A DNA stretch of 53,665 bases from Neophaeotheca triangularis. Lineage: Eukaryota. Position numbers and translations under genes: made by a program. Position 1 is the stretch's first letter. The number at the start of each line of letters is the position of its first letter. Location of the stretch: positions 1 to 53,665 of the forward strand of contig BAAIJX010000091.1 in the NCBI GenBank assembly GCA_054600435.1. Direction: 5' to 3'. Shown piece by piece: positions 1 through 10,649 of this stretch. Under the pieces are notes generated by a model. It saw only the letters and a program-made list of their open reading frames with translations, was not told where the DNA came from and made no database searches.

Positions 1-73
1 ATCAAAAAATCAACCCCCCCCCCCCCCCCCCCTCACCCAACCAGACCAACCCCAACTAACCTCCACCTACCAG

Positions 74-502
74 ATCCTCCGCAAAATCCGAACCACCCTC
101 TCCTCAGACCCATCAGCCTGCTTCCTGCTCGAAGGCTACTCCCAAGGCGCCTCAGCCACGACCAACGCCCTCAATCAAATCAGCAGCACGGACGCAGCTT
201 TCGAGGCCGTCAAAGGCGTGTGGCTAATCGGTAACCCGCAGCACCGTCGCGGCCTCGACTGCAACATCGACACCAACGGCGGCACCACAACCCGCAACGT
301 CAACGGGCTTTCGGCCTTCCAAGGGCGTATTCCGGCAGAGTGGGTCGCCAAGACAAAGGACGTTTGTGCTTTTGGCGATGGGGTTTGTGATACTACCAAT
401 GGGTATGGGATTAATGCGGCTCATTTGAGTTATCCGAACAGTGCTAGCACGCAGAGGTTGGGTACGCAATTTGGGGTTGCTGCTTTGACTGGGGGGAATT
501 AG
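74..502 (+). CDS. Cutinase / acetylxylan esterase (CE5) family, last exon; 5' part lies outside the window
   Basis: After ctaac...cag (acceptor at 71-73) the frame reads ILRKIRTTLSSDPSACFLLEGYSQGA...GNP...DVCAFGDGVCD...AAHLSY. This gives the GYSQG nucleophile motif and the C-x3-D-x2-C and His motifs of CE5. Stop TAG at 500-502. Confidence 0.85.
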   Translation: MLRKIRTTLSSDPSACFLLEGYSQGASATTNALNQISSTDAAFEAVKGVWLIGNPQHRRGLDCNIDTNGGTTTRNVNGLSAFQGRIPAEWVAKTKDVCAFGDGVCDTTNGYGINAAHLSYPNSASTQRLGTQFGVAALTGGN

Positions 503-988
503 GACTAGAGCTTGAAGGGGGATGGGGTGAGGCTGGCGGTCCAACGGATCGATGGTGTTTACAGTATCAATATTCTTTCTTTTTAGCTCTGAGATCTTCT
601 TGTTTGATCGAGAGGATTGTGATTTGATGTTAGTAGGTGTAACTCTTCTTTTGTAAGCGAGAAGAAAATGAAACTGTTTCCGGTCGTTTAGGATGTTTGT
701 CGAGATTATCAAACGACCTTCTGGCCGGAGTTTCGAGTGAACGTTCTGGATCTATTCCCTGTCTGTAATCTTATACGGTCCCGGAGAGAAAAATAACTGT
801 CTTCGTCGACGAGCATCCAGGCACTTAAGATCGACAACAACGCTTAAAGACACAGAACTGTCCCAATTTGCCCACTAAACGGCACGAAACGATTCTTAGG
901 TATTCGACTGGATATCACTGCGCAGGTAAAGAGCCATCACATCGTCCCCAAAGCATCCCCCCATCCCATCACCAACATCTCCCCCTCT

Positions 989-1860
989 CTACTTCTTCCC
1001 CAACTCGGCCTCAATAGCCCCCTTCAACGCCTCGGGCTTGGTAGAGCTCGCCCACCTCTGCTTGACATGCCCATCCCTCCCAACCAAGAACTTTTCGAAA
1101 TTCCACTTGACCCTCTGCAAACCCAACATGCCTGGCTTCTCTCCCTTCATGAATTCCCACACGGGCTCGGCGTCGGCGCCGTTGACCTTGGTCTGCGCGA
1201 GGATCGGGAAGCTGACGCCGTAGTTTTTCATGCAAAAGGCTTGCGAGGCTTCGTTGGTGGCTTCCTCTTGATTCATGAATTGCGCGCAGGGGAAACCGAG
1301 GAATTCTACGTCGGAGGGATAGGAGGCTTTGAGGTCTGTTGGGTGGGGGGGAAAGGGAAGGTTAATCAGAGGCTGTCTGTGGGGTTTTCGGGGTGTCGGT
1401 GGAGTGTGGATGGGTGGGTTGGGGCCTTACCTTTGTACAGCTTTTCCAGCCCCTCAAATTGGGGCGTGAAGCCGCATTTGCTGGCCGTGTTGACTACGAG
1501 GACGACTTTGCCCTTGAGCTGCGAGAGCGGGAAGGGCTCGCCTTTGCTGTCGCGCTTTTCCCAGTCGGCGGCCGATTCGCCTTGTTTCTTGGTCGCGGTC
1601 TTTTTGACTTCAAAGTCGAAGAAGGAGGCTGCTGAGGACATGGTTGCGAAGTGGTGGGTGCTGCTACTGGTGGTAGTACTGGTGGTGATGCTAGGGGTGC
1701 TACGGTGTAGATGTGGGAGGAAAGATGGAGCAGCGATGAGGTATCGTCGTGGTTGTGACGACGGTGGGAAGCAGCTTCTTCTTATTGGAGCAGTAGTGGT
1801 GGTACTCGTAACCCTCGGGATTACAAATGACTGAACAGGCCGACCGAGTCGCAGTGACAT
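989..1860 (-). CDS. Glutathione peroxidase (thioredoxin-dependent Gpx3/Hyr1 type); exons 1860 (or 1641)-1431 and 1335-989
   Basis: Motifs [29 protein letters not shown] and [14 protein letters not shown]. Intron 1430-1336 (GTAAGG...AACAG) joins the two ORFs in frame. ATG 1641 gives the canonical [10 protein letters not shown] start; ATG 1860 adds an Arg/Ser/Thr-rich leader. Confidence 0.93.
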
Positions 1861-3536
1861 GGGGCGATAAGTGATCCTTCACCTCGTGATAGCTTCGGGT
1901 GCTGTGACTGAAAGAGGAATCCTGGCCGTGGACGGTGTACGCGAACCATGTAGTCTGTGAGGCGAGGCGAAGCATGTGATGAATAATACAAAGCTACCTC
2001 TTCCAAGGTTCTTCTACCCTTGCACAACTGCCCCTCTTTGCCCGGAACTTGCACAATCCGCGTCACAAAACATCCGATGGTGGGGCCAACCATGAGGCGA
2101 CAGAAGTGTCACAGAACTCGCTTTCGGGGGAAGCTCCGACTACATCCATGTTTGCCATGGATACCTCCAACCTCACCTCCTCACTACTCCATTCACTCTC
2201 CCTTGCCGAAACATCACGTGATGATTGCCCCCAAAGCACACACACTGAAGCACACAGCAGCAATCCTACTCGCTTCCCCAAAACGCCATCCATACTGCTG
2301 TGCTTCATCCCCCAACAGATGCCGCGTGGGAGAAAGCCCAGCAAAAAGCCAACCGCGTATACAAATCAACCAGGCAGAGGTATCGTGTCTCGCATGTTCA
2401 CGACAGGCGACTACCGTCAGCCCAGCTGGGATGCTACGACCAGCTCGGTCAGATAGCATCAGCATGAAAATCAGCCAAGAACCGATCAATCCAGCACGAG
2501 ACAAACTTGAAGAGCGACGAGCAGCCCTCACAAGACCTTCAAGACTGGCGAAAACTTTTGGATTTGGAATCGCGGTGACAAAGCGGCGATCCAATGAGCG
2601 AAATGAAGCAACGGCAGCATTGTGGGGGAAAAAAAGAAAAAAGGGCTCAATCAACTATACTGTTACTAACCCAAATCTATATACCATCAACGCTGCTCAT
2701 CCGCACACACACACACACATAAGTTTCATCATTTCGCTATTCTCGTCCTCAATCGTGAAGCATCATCATCATCTATTTCCATCAGTAACATGGAATCGAA
2801 CAGACAAGGTCAAACCTGGTCACGCACACTTCCTTCGTATCTTGCACAATACTGCCGGAAGCCGGCAGAATATTCCGGGCAATGCAAGGCCAAGGGCCAA
2901 ACGTTTCCAATGGTCTTCTTGGCTATAGCGATGGCTATGACCATCCTCATCAGGGAATTGGGGAGCTCGGGCAATTCCAGACTTTCGGCCGGGGTGGCGC
3001 AGGAGAACCAATTGACGACAGTGGAAAGTTGGAGAGGGCTCATCTCCTGGATGCTTCCATGACAAGAAATGACATGTCCGGGAAACGCAAAGCCGTTCCC
3101 GCTCGGTTTTCTTGTAGACACCTGGCAATGCGCATGCAACTACAGCAACCTCTCCCAGCTGACATGTCCCTAGATGTTGGATTTGGCTCCTGCATCCAAT
3201 GGGCTTCCAAACTCCACGGCTGGTCCATCATGCGTGCTCCCTCAACAGCATCTTGGGCAAATCATTTCCTGGCAGTCCATAACGGAAGATCGAAGTATGG
3301 CAGTATCCAGGGCAACGGCAATGGCACTATCCAAAGTATGAGCTCCCGCACTTTCTTCGTCGGGGGTTGTTTCGCAGATCTCCTACCTTGTGCACCAAGC
3401 GATCAGCATTTCAGCCTTTCTTGACCCAATGCGAAGATTTTTGCAGCCCCGCGATATTCCTGCGGCTTGAGTTCTGCGGGCTGACATCGTTGTCCGGGCC
3501 CTGGAGACCCTCCATCTTCCCGGGCACGAGATTGCT

Positions 3537-5521
3537 CTAGCTGTTCCACTGAGAAATGGCAGTCCCCCGGCGATGCTGGTCCTGGCGTCCCGACACCTGT
3601 TGGAAATGCACAGGAGACTGCTGATATTGGGATTGTACCTGGGCCTGGGAGCAGTTCCCCTGGTCCGGAAAGGGCATCATCGCCTGTGCCGCCTGCACCA
3701 CGGTCCTCTGGCGGTGCGCTGCTGGCTCGACGGACGCCGAGACGGTTGCCTTCCTTTTGCGCCCGCCTGCCTTCTTCTCCATCGATGTCGCATCCGGGCT
3801 GCCTGTGGACGGAGTGGGCTCCTCCTTGTGGTCATGGACACGCTTCATGTGGTCAAACAAATTGTACCTCCTTGGGAATCCATTCCGGGGCACGGCACGT
3901 TCGCAACCGGGGTAGTAGCACAAATGCGGGCGGTCTCCATGGCCATGCATTCCGTGAGCTTCTCGCTCGTGTCTGAGGAGGCACGCGGTGGAGGAGAATT
4001 CCTGCTTGGAGCAGGACTCGATCTTGCACCGGAATGGCTTCAGATGGGAGTCAATGAACTTGCTGTTAGTGTAGTGGTGGTTAGTACGTGGTGACTCGAA
4101 TGGCAGCTGAAGGTGGGTAGGCGCGTACTCGTAGTTGCACTTCAGTTTGGTTGGCTTGTGCTGGCACTTCTCCGGTTCATCCTTCCATGGGCAGTAGAAC
4201 AATCCATCCGAGGACGGCCCCTTGCTGTACAGTGGATGGTTCCTGTAACGACCTTCGTCGATGTCACTGGAGACGCTGGCCGTGACAATAGGACCGGAGG
4301 CCTTGGGTACACGCTCTGCCCGATACCCGAACCCAGTGGGCTCAACATCAACGAGCGAATCCAGGGCATCATGTGAGGTGTTTCCAGCTCCTTTTGCGTC
4401 CGGGTGACTGGACTTTGGGTTAGTGATGTTGAGGTGATCATGGGCATGCTGATGATCTGACCTCGAAGCCGTGGGAGATAGGGGTTGTTCTTCCGGGTCA
4501 AACTGGATAAAAGCGCTGAAGTCCTCTGCAGTGGAATCATACACGGTCTCGGCGGAAGAGTCTGATCTTGCAAAGGCCTGTGCGGGCGTCCGGGCAGAGA
4601 GCTGGTATCCTTGTGACACGGACAAACGGTTTTCCGTGATCTGGGGTTGGATTGGCCTGTAATGGGTGATGTCCCTTGGCTGGGCAGCCGTGCTACTTAC
4701 GCTTGGGGCATAGCTCGAATAGCCTGACGTATGAGGCAAGAGCATCCGCTGTGGCGCAGTACCAGCCGGGTGGCTAGAACCAGCAGGGCCTTCAGTCCTT
4801 GGTAAAAGAGGCCTTTGGTAAACTACAGGTTGCCGGGCAAAAGTTATCCTCTGGAAGGGCATCCCTTGAGGGCATGGAGCTTGAAGCACGGGCGCTCCGT
4901 ATGGGACATCCTGGGTTGTATTCCATGATGGTTGATACGTGTGAGATTGATCCGCCTGGCTATGCGGGGCTTGGGAAGAAACGCTGGACGTCCCGGATAG
5001 CGGCTGCTGGAATCCTTGTGGGGCGTATGATCCGGCGGCCTGTGTTTGTGGCCAAACTGAACCTGCAGTGGAGAAAGAAAAGTCTGGTCCGGCAGAATTC
5101 AATGGAAGATCCGACTCGGATGAGTTGAGGGTGTGCGGGCTACGGCTCTCATAGCTTAGGACTGGCGAGAGCCCTAGGTCTACAGAGGATCCATGGGTGG
5201 GCATGTTCAGCCAATTCATGGAACCCATGGCACATGGGTCCAAGGCAGACTCATGAGCCCACCAACTTCCTTCGTACGGCTGCGTCATAGCGCTGTGGTC
5301 CGGCAGGCTTGTTGGCCAATCCTCGGCCATTGAGGACTGGCTCCATTGTTGGGTCATCATGTCCGGGCAGTCCGACGGGGCAAACTCCGAAACGGTATCA
5401 GGGGGCGACAGCGGAAGATCCACTCCAAAAGGGACGGACTGGTTCCAAAGGGCCACTTCGGAATGCTTGGATGAGAAAGAAGATGCTAGGTGGCAGTGGG
5501 AATATTCCTCACTGTCGACAT
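3537..5521 (-). CDS. C2H2 zinc-finger transcription factor; exons 5521-5513, 5465-4462, 4407-4129, 4062-3537
   Basis: Fingers CPWKDEPEKC...H, CKIESC...LLRHEREAH and CYYPGC...LFDHMKRVH, plus a basic NLS (GGRKRK). Introns: 5512-5466 (GTGAGG..AAG, after ATG TCG ACA), 4461-4408 (GTCAGA..ACTAAC..CAG) and 4128-4063 (GTACGC..ACTAACAG). Removing the last restores CNYDKFIDSHLKPF. Confidence 0.88.
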
Positions 5522-7899
5522 AAGTCAGTTTCCACCACCTTGACGTGATATTGGAAGCATTCCAAAAAGCAAAGCACGAAACAAAGAAAACAAAACGATG
5601 TAACGGAGCTTTGACCTTGAGCGTCCGAACCAGGTACGGGGCAGCAGTGGCATTCCTGTGGCACAGGGTCTTGCGAGGGCCAGCGAGTCCTTGGCTTCAG
5701 GGTCATCTAGGGAGCCATCCGTGGACGGTATGTTGTATTGCTGGCCTGTCAACGGCGAAGAGTCCGGACGACGGAAGAGAATCCGGTGAAAGGTAGGTCT
5801 GCCATAAAGGCATGTCCTTGGTAGTTTCAAGTGAGAAAAGATACATCAGCCCGTCCTGGTTTTAATGGATTGCCCGAGTGATATTGTCCAGTCAGTCTTC
5901 GGCATGCCCGGTTGGGATTGAAAAAACCACGAAAGGCAAGGAAAATCCAATGGCAATAATCCGACGGCATTCGTCCTAGGGTGGAGATCCGACAGGGAAT
6001 CGAAGCGAGGAGCTCAGGTAGCTTCCGAAGAGCAGCATGCACATATCTCATGCGTCTTGCAAGAAGCACCAACCATCGAATGACTCGCTACAAAATCCAT
6101 CCTGGGAAAATTGGGAGACCGGCATTGATCCATGGCGTCTGTTCTCCGTGCGGCATGCACCGATCCTTGGGGCGTAGCAGTAATGGTCATGAAAGAGCAA
6201 GAAAAGTCAAAAACAACGCAAACTCCGTGGCAGGCAAGCCAAAGCAATAAACAAGACAACATGGTGAAAGTAATACCTGACGGCCGAAATCTCGTCGGGG
6301 CTGCGATCTGTCATCCTGGTCTGTGTCCGGAGCAAGTGAATCCTCTCCAAGTGGCAGATGGGGCGAAAATGGTCAACCCGGGGTCGGGCAGCGCAGAGGA
6401 CAAAAAGCAAAACGCAAGAACAGTAACAAAAGCCAAATGGTTCTGTAGTCCTCGGAACTGTCGAGATGATGCTTGATCCTAGGTAGCAAGCGGGTAGTGA
6501 ATGGTGGTAGCAGTAGCAGAAAGTGAAGTTGGGCAGAAACAGTAACTTGGTAGCAGGTCGAGTGGAGGAAAAAGGACGGAGGGAGTTGTGGTGGCAGCAG
6601 CTCGTTCATATGTTGGGCAGCTGCTCAGAAAAGGTGCGGTGAGCAATCTACGCACAGCAGCTACGGGAAGCGCTTCCTTGAATCCTGCACTGGGCGGCCT
6701 GCAGGCTGTGGTGATTGACAGGGGGTGCGGAGCGTTGCCTGATTCGCTAGCCTCGTGACCGCCTTGCATAGCGACTCATCATTTGGCCGACGAGACGTCT
6801 TTTTGTGCTGCACTGCCGCAGTAGCGCAGTGACACGTCACAACCGTGACAGGTCTGCCAACCTGCTGCCGTGCATGCATCGTGCGATGGTGCTGACGGAA
6901 GCTCGACGAGTGTGTTGGTGGGGTGATGAAGGTGGTGGAAAAGAGGGCGAAGAGCGCGAAAGAGCGGGCGTAGGAGGAGGTGAGGCATGATGGGAGACGG
7001 TGGCATAGCTTCGGGTCTTGACTCTCGCAGACGTCGGGTCTTTAGCGACGGAGCTAGCCGGCGTGTTACAGGATTGCGCTGAATGGATATAGGCATCATC
7101 CCTGCTTGTTACGTCGGAAGCAGCCAGGTCGATCACGTGTCGATCTCAGCCTATCCCAGAGGAATAAGTGCAACTTGAAGAAGTCGACCCGGTCAACGGA
7201 GCGACCTCAGCAAGTAGACGACTATATCTTGGAGTAGAACTTCTCGTGTGGCTTTCGACCTGGCGTCCGGAAGGGTCTTTCCCGGCGCTGCATTGGGCGA
7301 CTGTCCTCCTACATGTGGAGGCGTGTGGAATGCGAGGTAGTAGAAGGTAGCAGGTAGGCGAGCGGTAGACTGATCAATAGTCGCGAATGAGCGAGACCAG
7401 GAGCCTGCGATTGCCCGTTTCTAGGTGTTGGGCGGCTTCATGTTCCACCTTGTTCCACCATGTTAAGGTTGCCTTTGTTTTAGTAGGCGTGATAAGACCT
7501 CTGTTTGCCCAATCACTGACCCTGTCCTTGAACTATTATTGTCGAGATACTGGTTAGACTGGTACTGCCAAGGTTGACTGTTATCTTATCTTGAGACGTC
7601 GCACTTCATACCGTAATCATGGCCGAGTCAACCTACCTAAGGTACCTTAGGGTGCGTTCGGTAGGTGTCCGTTTCGTGCTCCGTTTCGTCTCGGTTATTG
7701 CTCTATACGTACTATACATCTCGGTTATGCGGTTAAAAAGGCGGTATGCTACTCTTAGATGTGCTAAGCTCTTACTTCAACTTCATATAGTAGTGCTATT
7801 AGTAGTATAGGTACTAAGGTTAGTTATTATATTACTTTTTTAAGGTAGTTATAGAGCCTTAGATCGATCCGTAGTTGCTCGGCTTACCGTAGAGCAATA

Positions 7900-8274
7900 G
7901 CCTGTCTTCGACACTAATTAGTAGCTAGTCGTTACTAGCAAATAATAACTAAAGTCCTTCCCCTTTAAGAGCGCCTTAGTCACTATTACCGTTACTAGTA
8001 ACTTAAGTAAAGCATATAACATAGTCTCGGATTATAGAGGGTATTACAATTAAGGAGCTTATTAAGTAGCTCTATACTAGTAATAGAGCTTAAAGTAGAT
8101 AGAAGAAGGAGGCCTAGTAGGCCGTTACTAATACTATTTATCTAGTAACTCCGGAGTAGTAACGGCACCTTATTAGTGTCTTAACTATATAGAACAAGTT
8201 TAATACTATAAAGAAGGAGTATAAGGTATAGGCATAGATAGTAGACTAGTCCGGTTAGTTAATTAATAGTAAAG
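7900..8274 (+). pseudogene. Harbinger Myb/SANT-like DNA-binding ORF, 5' half (start approximate)
   Basis: Reads T*SRIIEG...SNRA*SR*KKEA**AV...I*NKFNTIKKEYKV*A*IVD*SG*. Reverting RIP gives W...G.R..GWKKEAW...QNKF...KKEYKVW...SGW, the Myb_DNA-bind_3 pattern. Ends at the TAAAG TSD. Confidence 0.72.
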
Positions 8275-8497
8275 TGTAAGACTAAGACTATGACTCGGTC
8301 GGGATCACGGTATAGCGAGGGCGGAGCGTAATAATAGTAATAATAGTAACAGTCCTTTAATATAGAAACTATTCGATAGTAGATAGGAGACTTCACTGTT
8401 AGCTATCTCATATACTTTCGTAGTGTGTATACTTAGTACTCCCGAGCTACTCCGTAGCTTAGGCTACTAATGTCCCGCTAGCGCCGCGGTCGTGACA
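8275..8497 (-). repeat. 3' LTR (223 bp)
   Basis: TGTAAG...CGTGACA. Aligns without gaps to 15815-16037, with 15 transition differences by my count. Confidence 0.96.
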
Positions 8498-9212
8498 ATT
8501 GCCTCCCTCTCTAGTAGCTCGTCCTCGAGCAAGCATTCATAAGCGTAGCTATACGAGACCCCGTTATAGCGTATACATTAGTATCCTCGTTAAAAACCTC
8601 GGTAGTGTCCCTACTAAGGAAAAGAGCGATACCGCGTACCGCTATCGTACCGTTAGGTCCCTAGAGTAAATTCACCCTAAACCTAAGTTCGCTACGGCGA
8701 GGTGCGTTATCGTCGCGATAAGCGGTATTAATGGCCATGTAGTAGTGATCTAGTAGAGCGGTAATTGCCGGTAGAGCCTTAGCGTAATTACGCTATAATT
8801 ATGTAGAGGTAACCTGCCGGTCGCTTCTCTTTCGAAGACTTCCTCCTTTTAACTATAATAACAACAATAGCCTCTACTCCGTCATAGTCCCTTCGGCGTA
8901 CTAGTCTACCTTTTAATAAGGTGACCTTCTTTGTCGGTAAGTGAACTTTAGTTCTTTATGTACGCGCTACCGTCGGTCCGTATATAGTTCCTATTGTTCT
9001 TCGACAATGAAACTAACCTCACCTAGTTTCCTATTATTACCTACTTCCGGTAACCTTTCGAAAACCTTACCTAGCGCGGTTTAACAAAAAGGCGCTCCTC
9101 GTACCTCCGATACCTTCTTTCCTTCTTTATCGACCACTTTTTCCGCGATCTCGCTATCGCCCTTTTTCGCCAGCTTTATTCACTACCTTCATTACTCCGC
9201 CGCCGTTCTATC

Positions 9213-10555
9213 ATGCCTCCGCGTGTTAGCAAGCGTCCGAAGGCGCTAGTCGACTATAGCGTTAGCGCTATAGCCGTTAATAGTAAGGGTGCCTTTATTA
9301 TAGATAGGGCGATTGTTACTAAGGGAGTCTTTATGACTAAGGGCTGCCGTCGGATCGCTACTAGCAGCTTTATAGAGGAGGAGTTAAAGGATCTAGTTAA
9401 CGAGTCGAAGTCTACTAAGAAGGGTTTAAAGTCGGAGGGTGTTAGTACGAAGCGCGCTGCGGCCGTTAAGGGTATAGGCTCGAAACGTAAGCGTGCTAAG
9501 GGTAATGATAGTAAGGAGAGTAGGTCTAATAAGGGTACGCCGGCGTTCCGTCGCTTTGCTAACATCGATAAGGGTAAGGAGCTTACTCCTATCGATGTTA
9601 ATCGCCCTCGTTATTCGCGCTACATTAAGGAGCTCTTAAGTAACGTTCTCGCTAGCTCCGTCGACTTCGTCCCGCTATGTAAGATAGTGCCTTCCGCGAC
9701 CGGATCGGTATATAATACCTACTTTAACGCGAAGCAATCATGTATCGAGGTAAGCCTACCGTAGCTCTATCGTCGTTACGAGTTTTACTAACGTCTCTTT
9801 AGATCATTCCTAACCTCGCTAGCTAGCGCCTCTACTATGTCTAGATGAACTATACGGCTATACTCTATCGCGCTAACTATGCCGGTAGTTCTAACGCCGA
9901 TTCGCCGATATACCTTAAGGTCTTAGAAGTTAACGCTAAGGTCTCCTAGTACTTCTATAAGAATAACTACGCCGTTATCCTAATAGGGGGCCTTCGTCGT
10001 TCCGGTCCTAACAACGATAAGATCTTGACTCCGCACGACATAGCACGCCTAATCACGGATCAAACTCGCGACTTCGCTACGATTGTTACTAATACTGTCG
10101 AGAGACTTGTCGCCGTCTACCGCACGGAAATGTCTATGCTTATTAATAAGATGTCTAGCCGCCGTTACGCCGCGCCTTCTTCTTCGCTAGTACGCGATAC
10201 GCCTAGTGTTAATACGTCGCCGCCTTACGACGAGACCGTTAGTACGCCGGCGCTAGTAGTGGCTCCTAAGGTACTAGTAGTAGAGACTAAGGGTCTAGTT
10301 CGGAAGAGTAGTAGGGGCGACGCCGGTACGCCGCTAGAGGTGTCTTCTAGGGAAAGCTCTTCTTTATCGTCGGAGTTAGATAAGGAGGATAAGGCTCCGA
10401 AGAAGCCTTCTAGTATCTTAGGTTTCCTTAAGATACGCCGTAGGGACGACGCCGCTCCGTTAGCGGGAGAGAATACGGAGAAGTCTATTAGTGCCGAAGA
10501 TTAGCTATAGGCTAATATTGCTAATGTTACGAAGGAGTTAGACACTAGGGCTTAA
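9213..10555 (+). pseudogene. Additional antisense gene inside the retrotransposon; exons 9213-9749 and 9803-~10555; putative six-Cys Zn-binding nuclear protein
   Basis: ATG at 9213. Intron 9750-9802 (GTAAGC..TACTAAC..TAG) puts ORF 9213 in frame with ORF 10025-10504; the intervening stops are all TAG. A second intron-like unit lies upstream at 8937-9026 (GTAAGT..ACTAAC..TAG). Confidence 0.75.
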
Positions 10556-10649
10556 GCGTTTATCTAATCATTTACGTACTCTCTATAAGCGCTATTATCC
10601 CGTCGCTAGCCCGTCCGTAGTAGCTGTTAATTAAGAAGCTTATGTACTA

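Noticed and set aside
2020..3424. ORFs of 302, 180 and 135 aa between GPx and the C2H2 gene
   Set aside because: Near-cognate starts, no recognisable motifs, and they cross A-tracts and CA microsatellites. More likely promoter and 3'UTR sequence.
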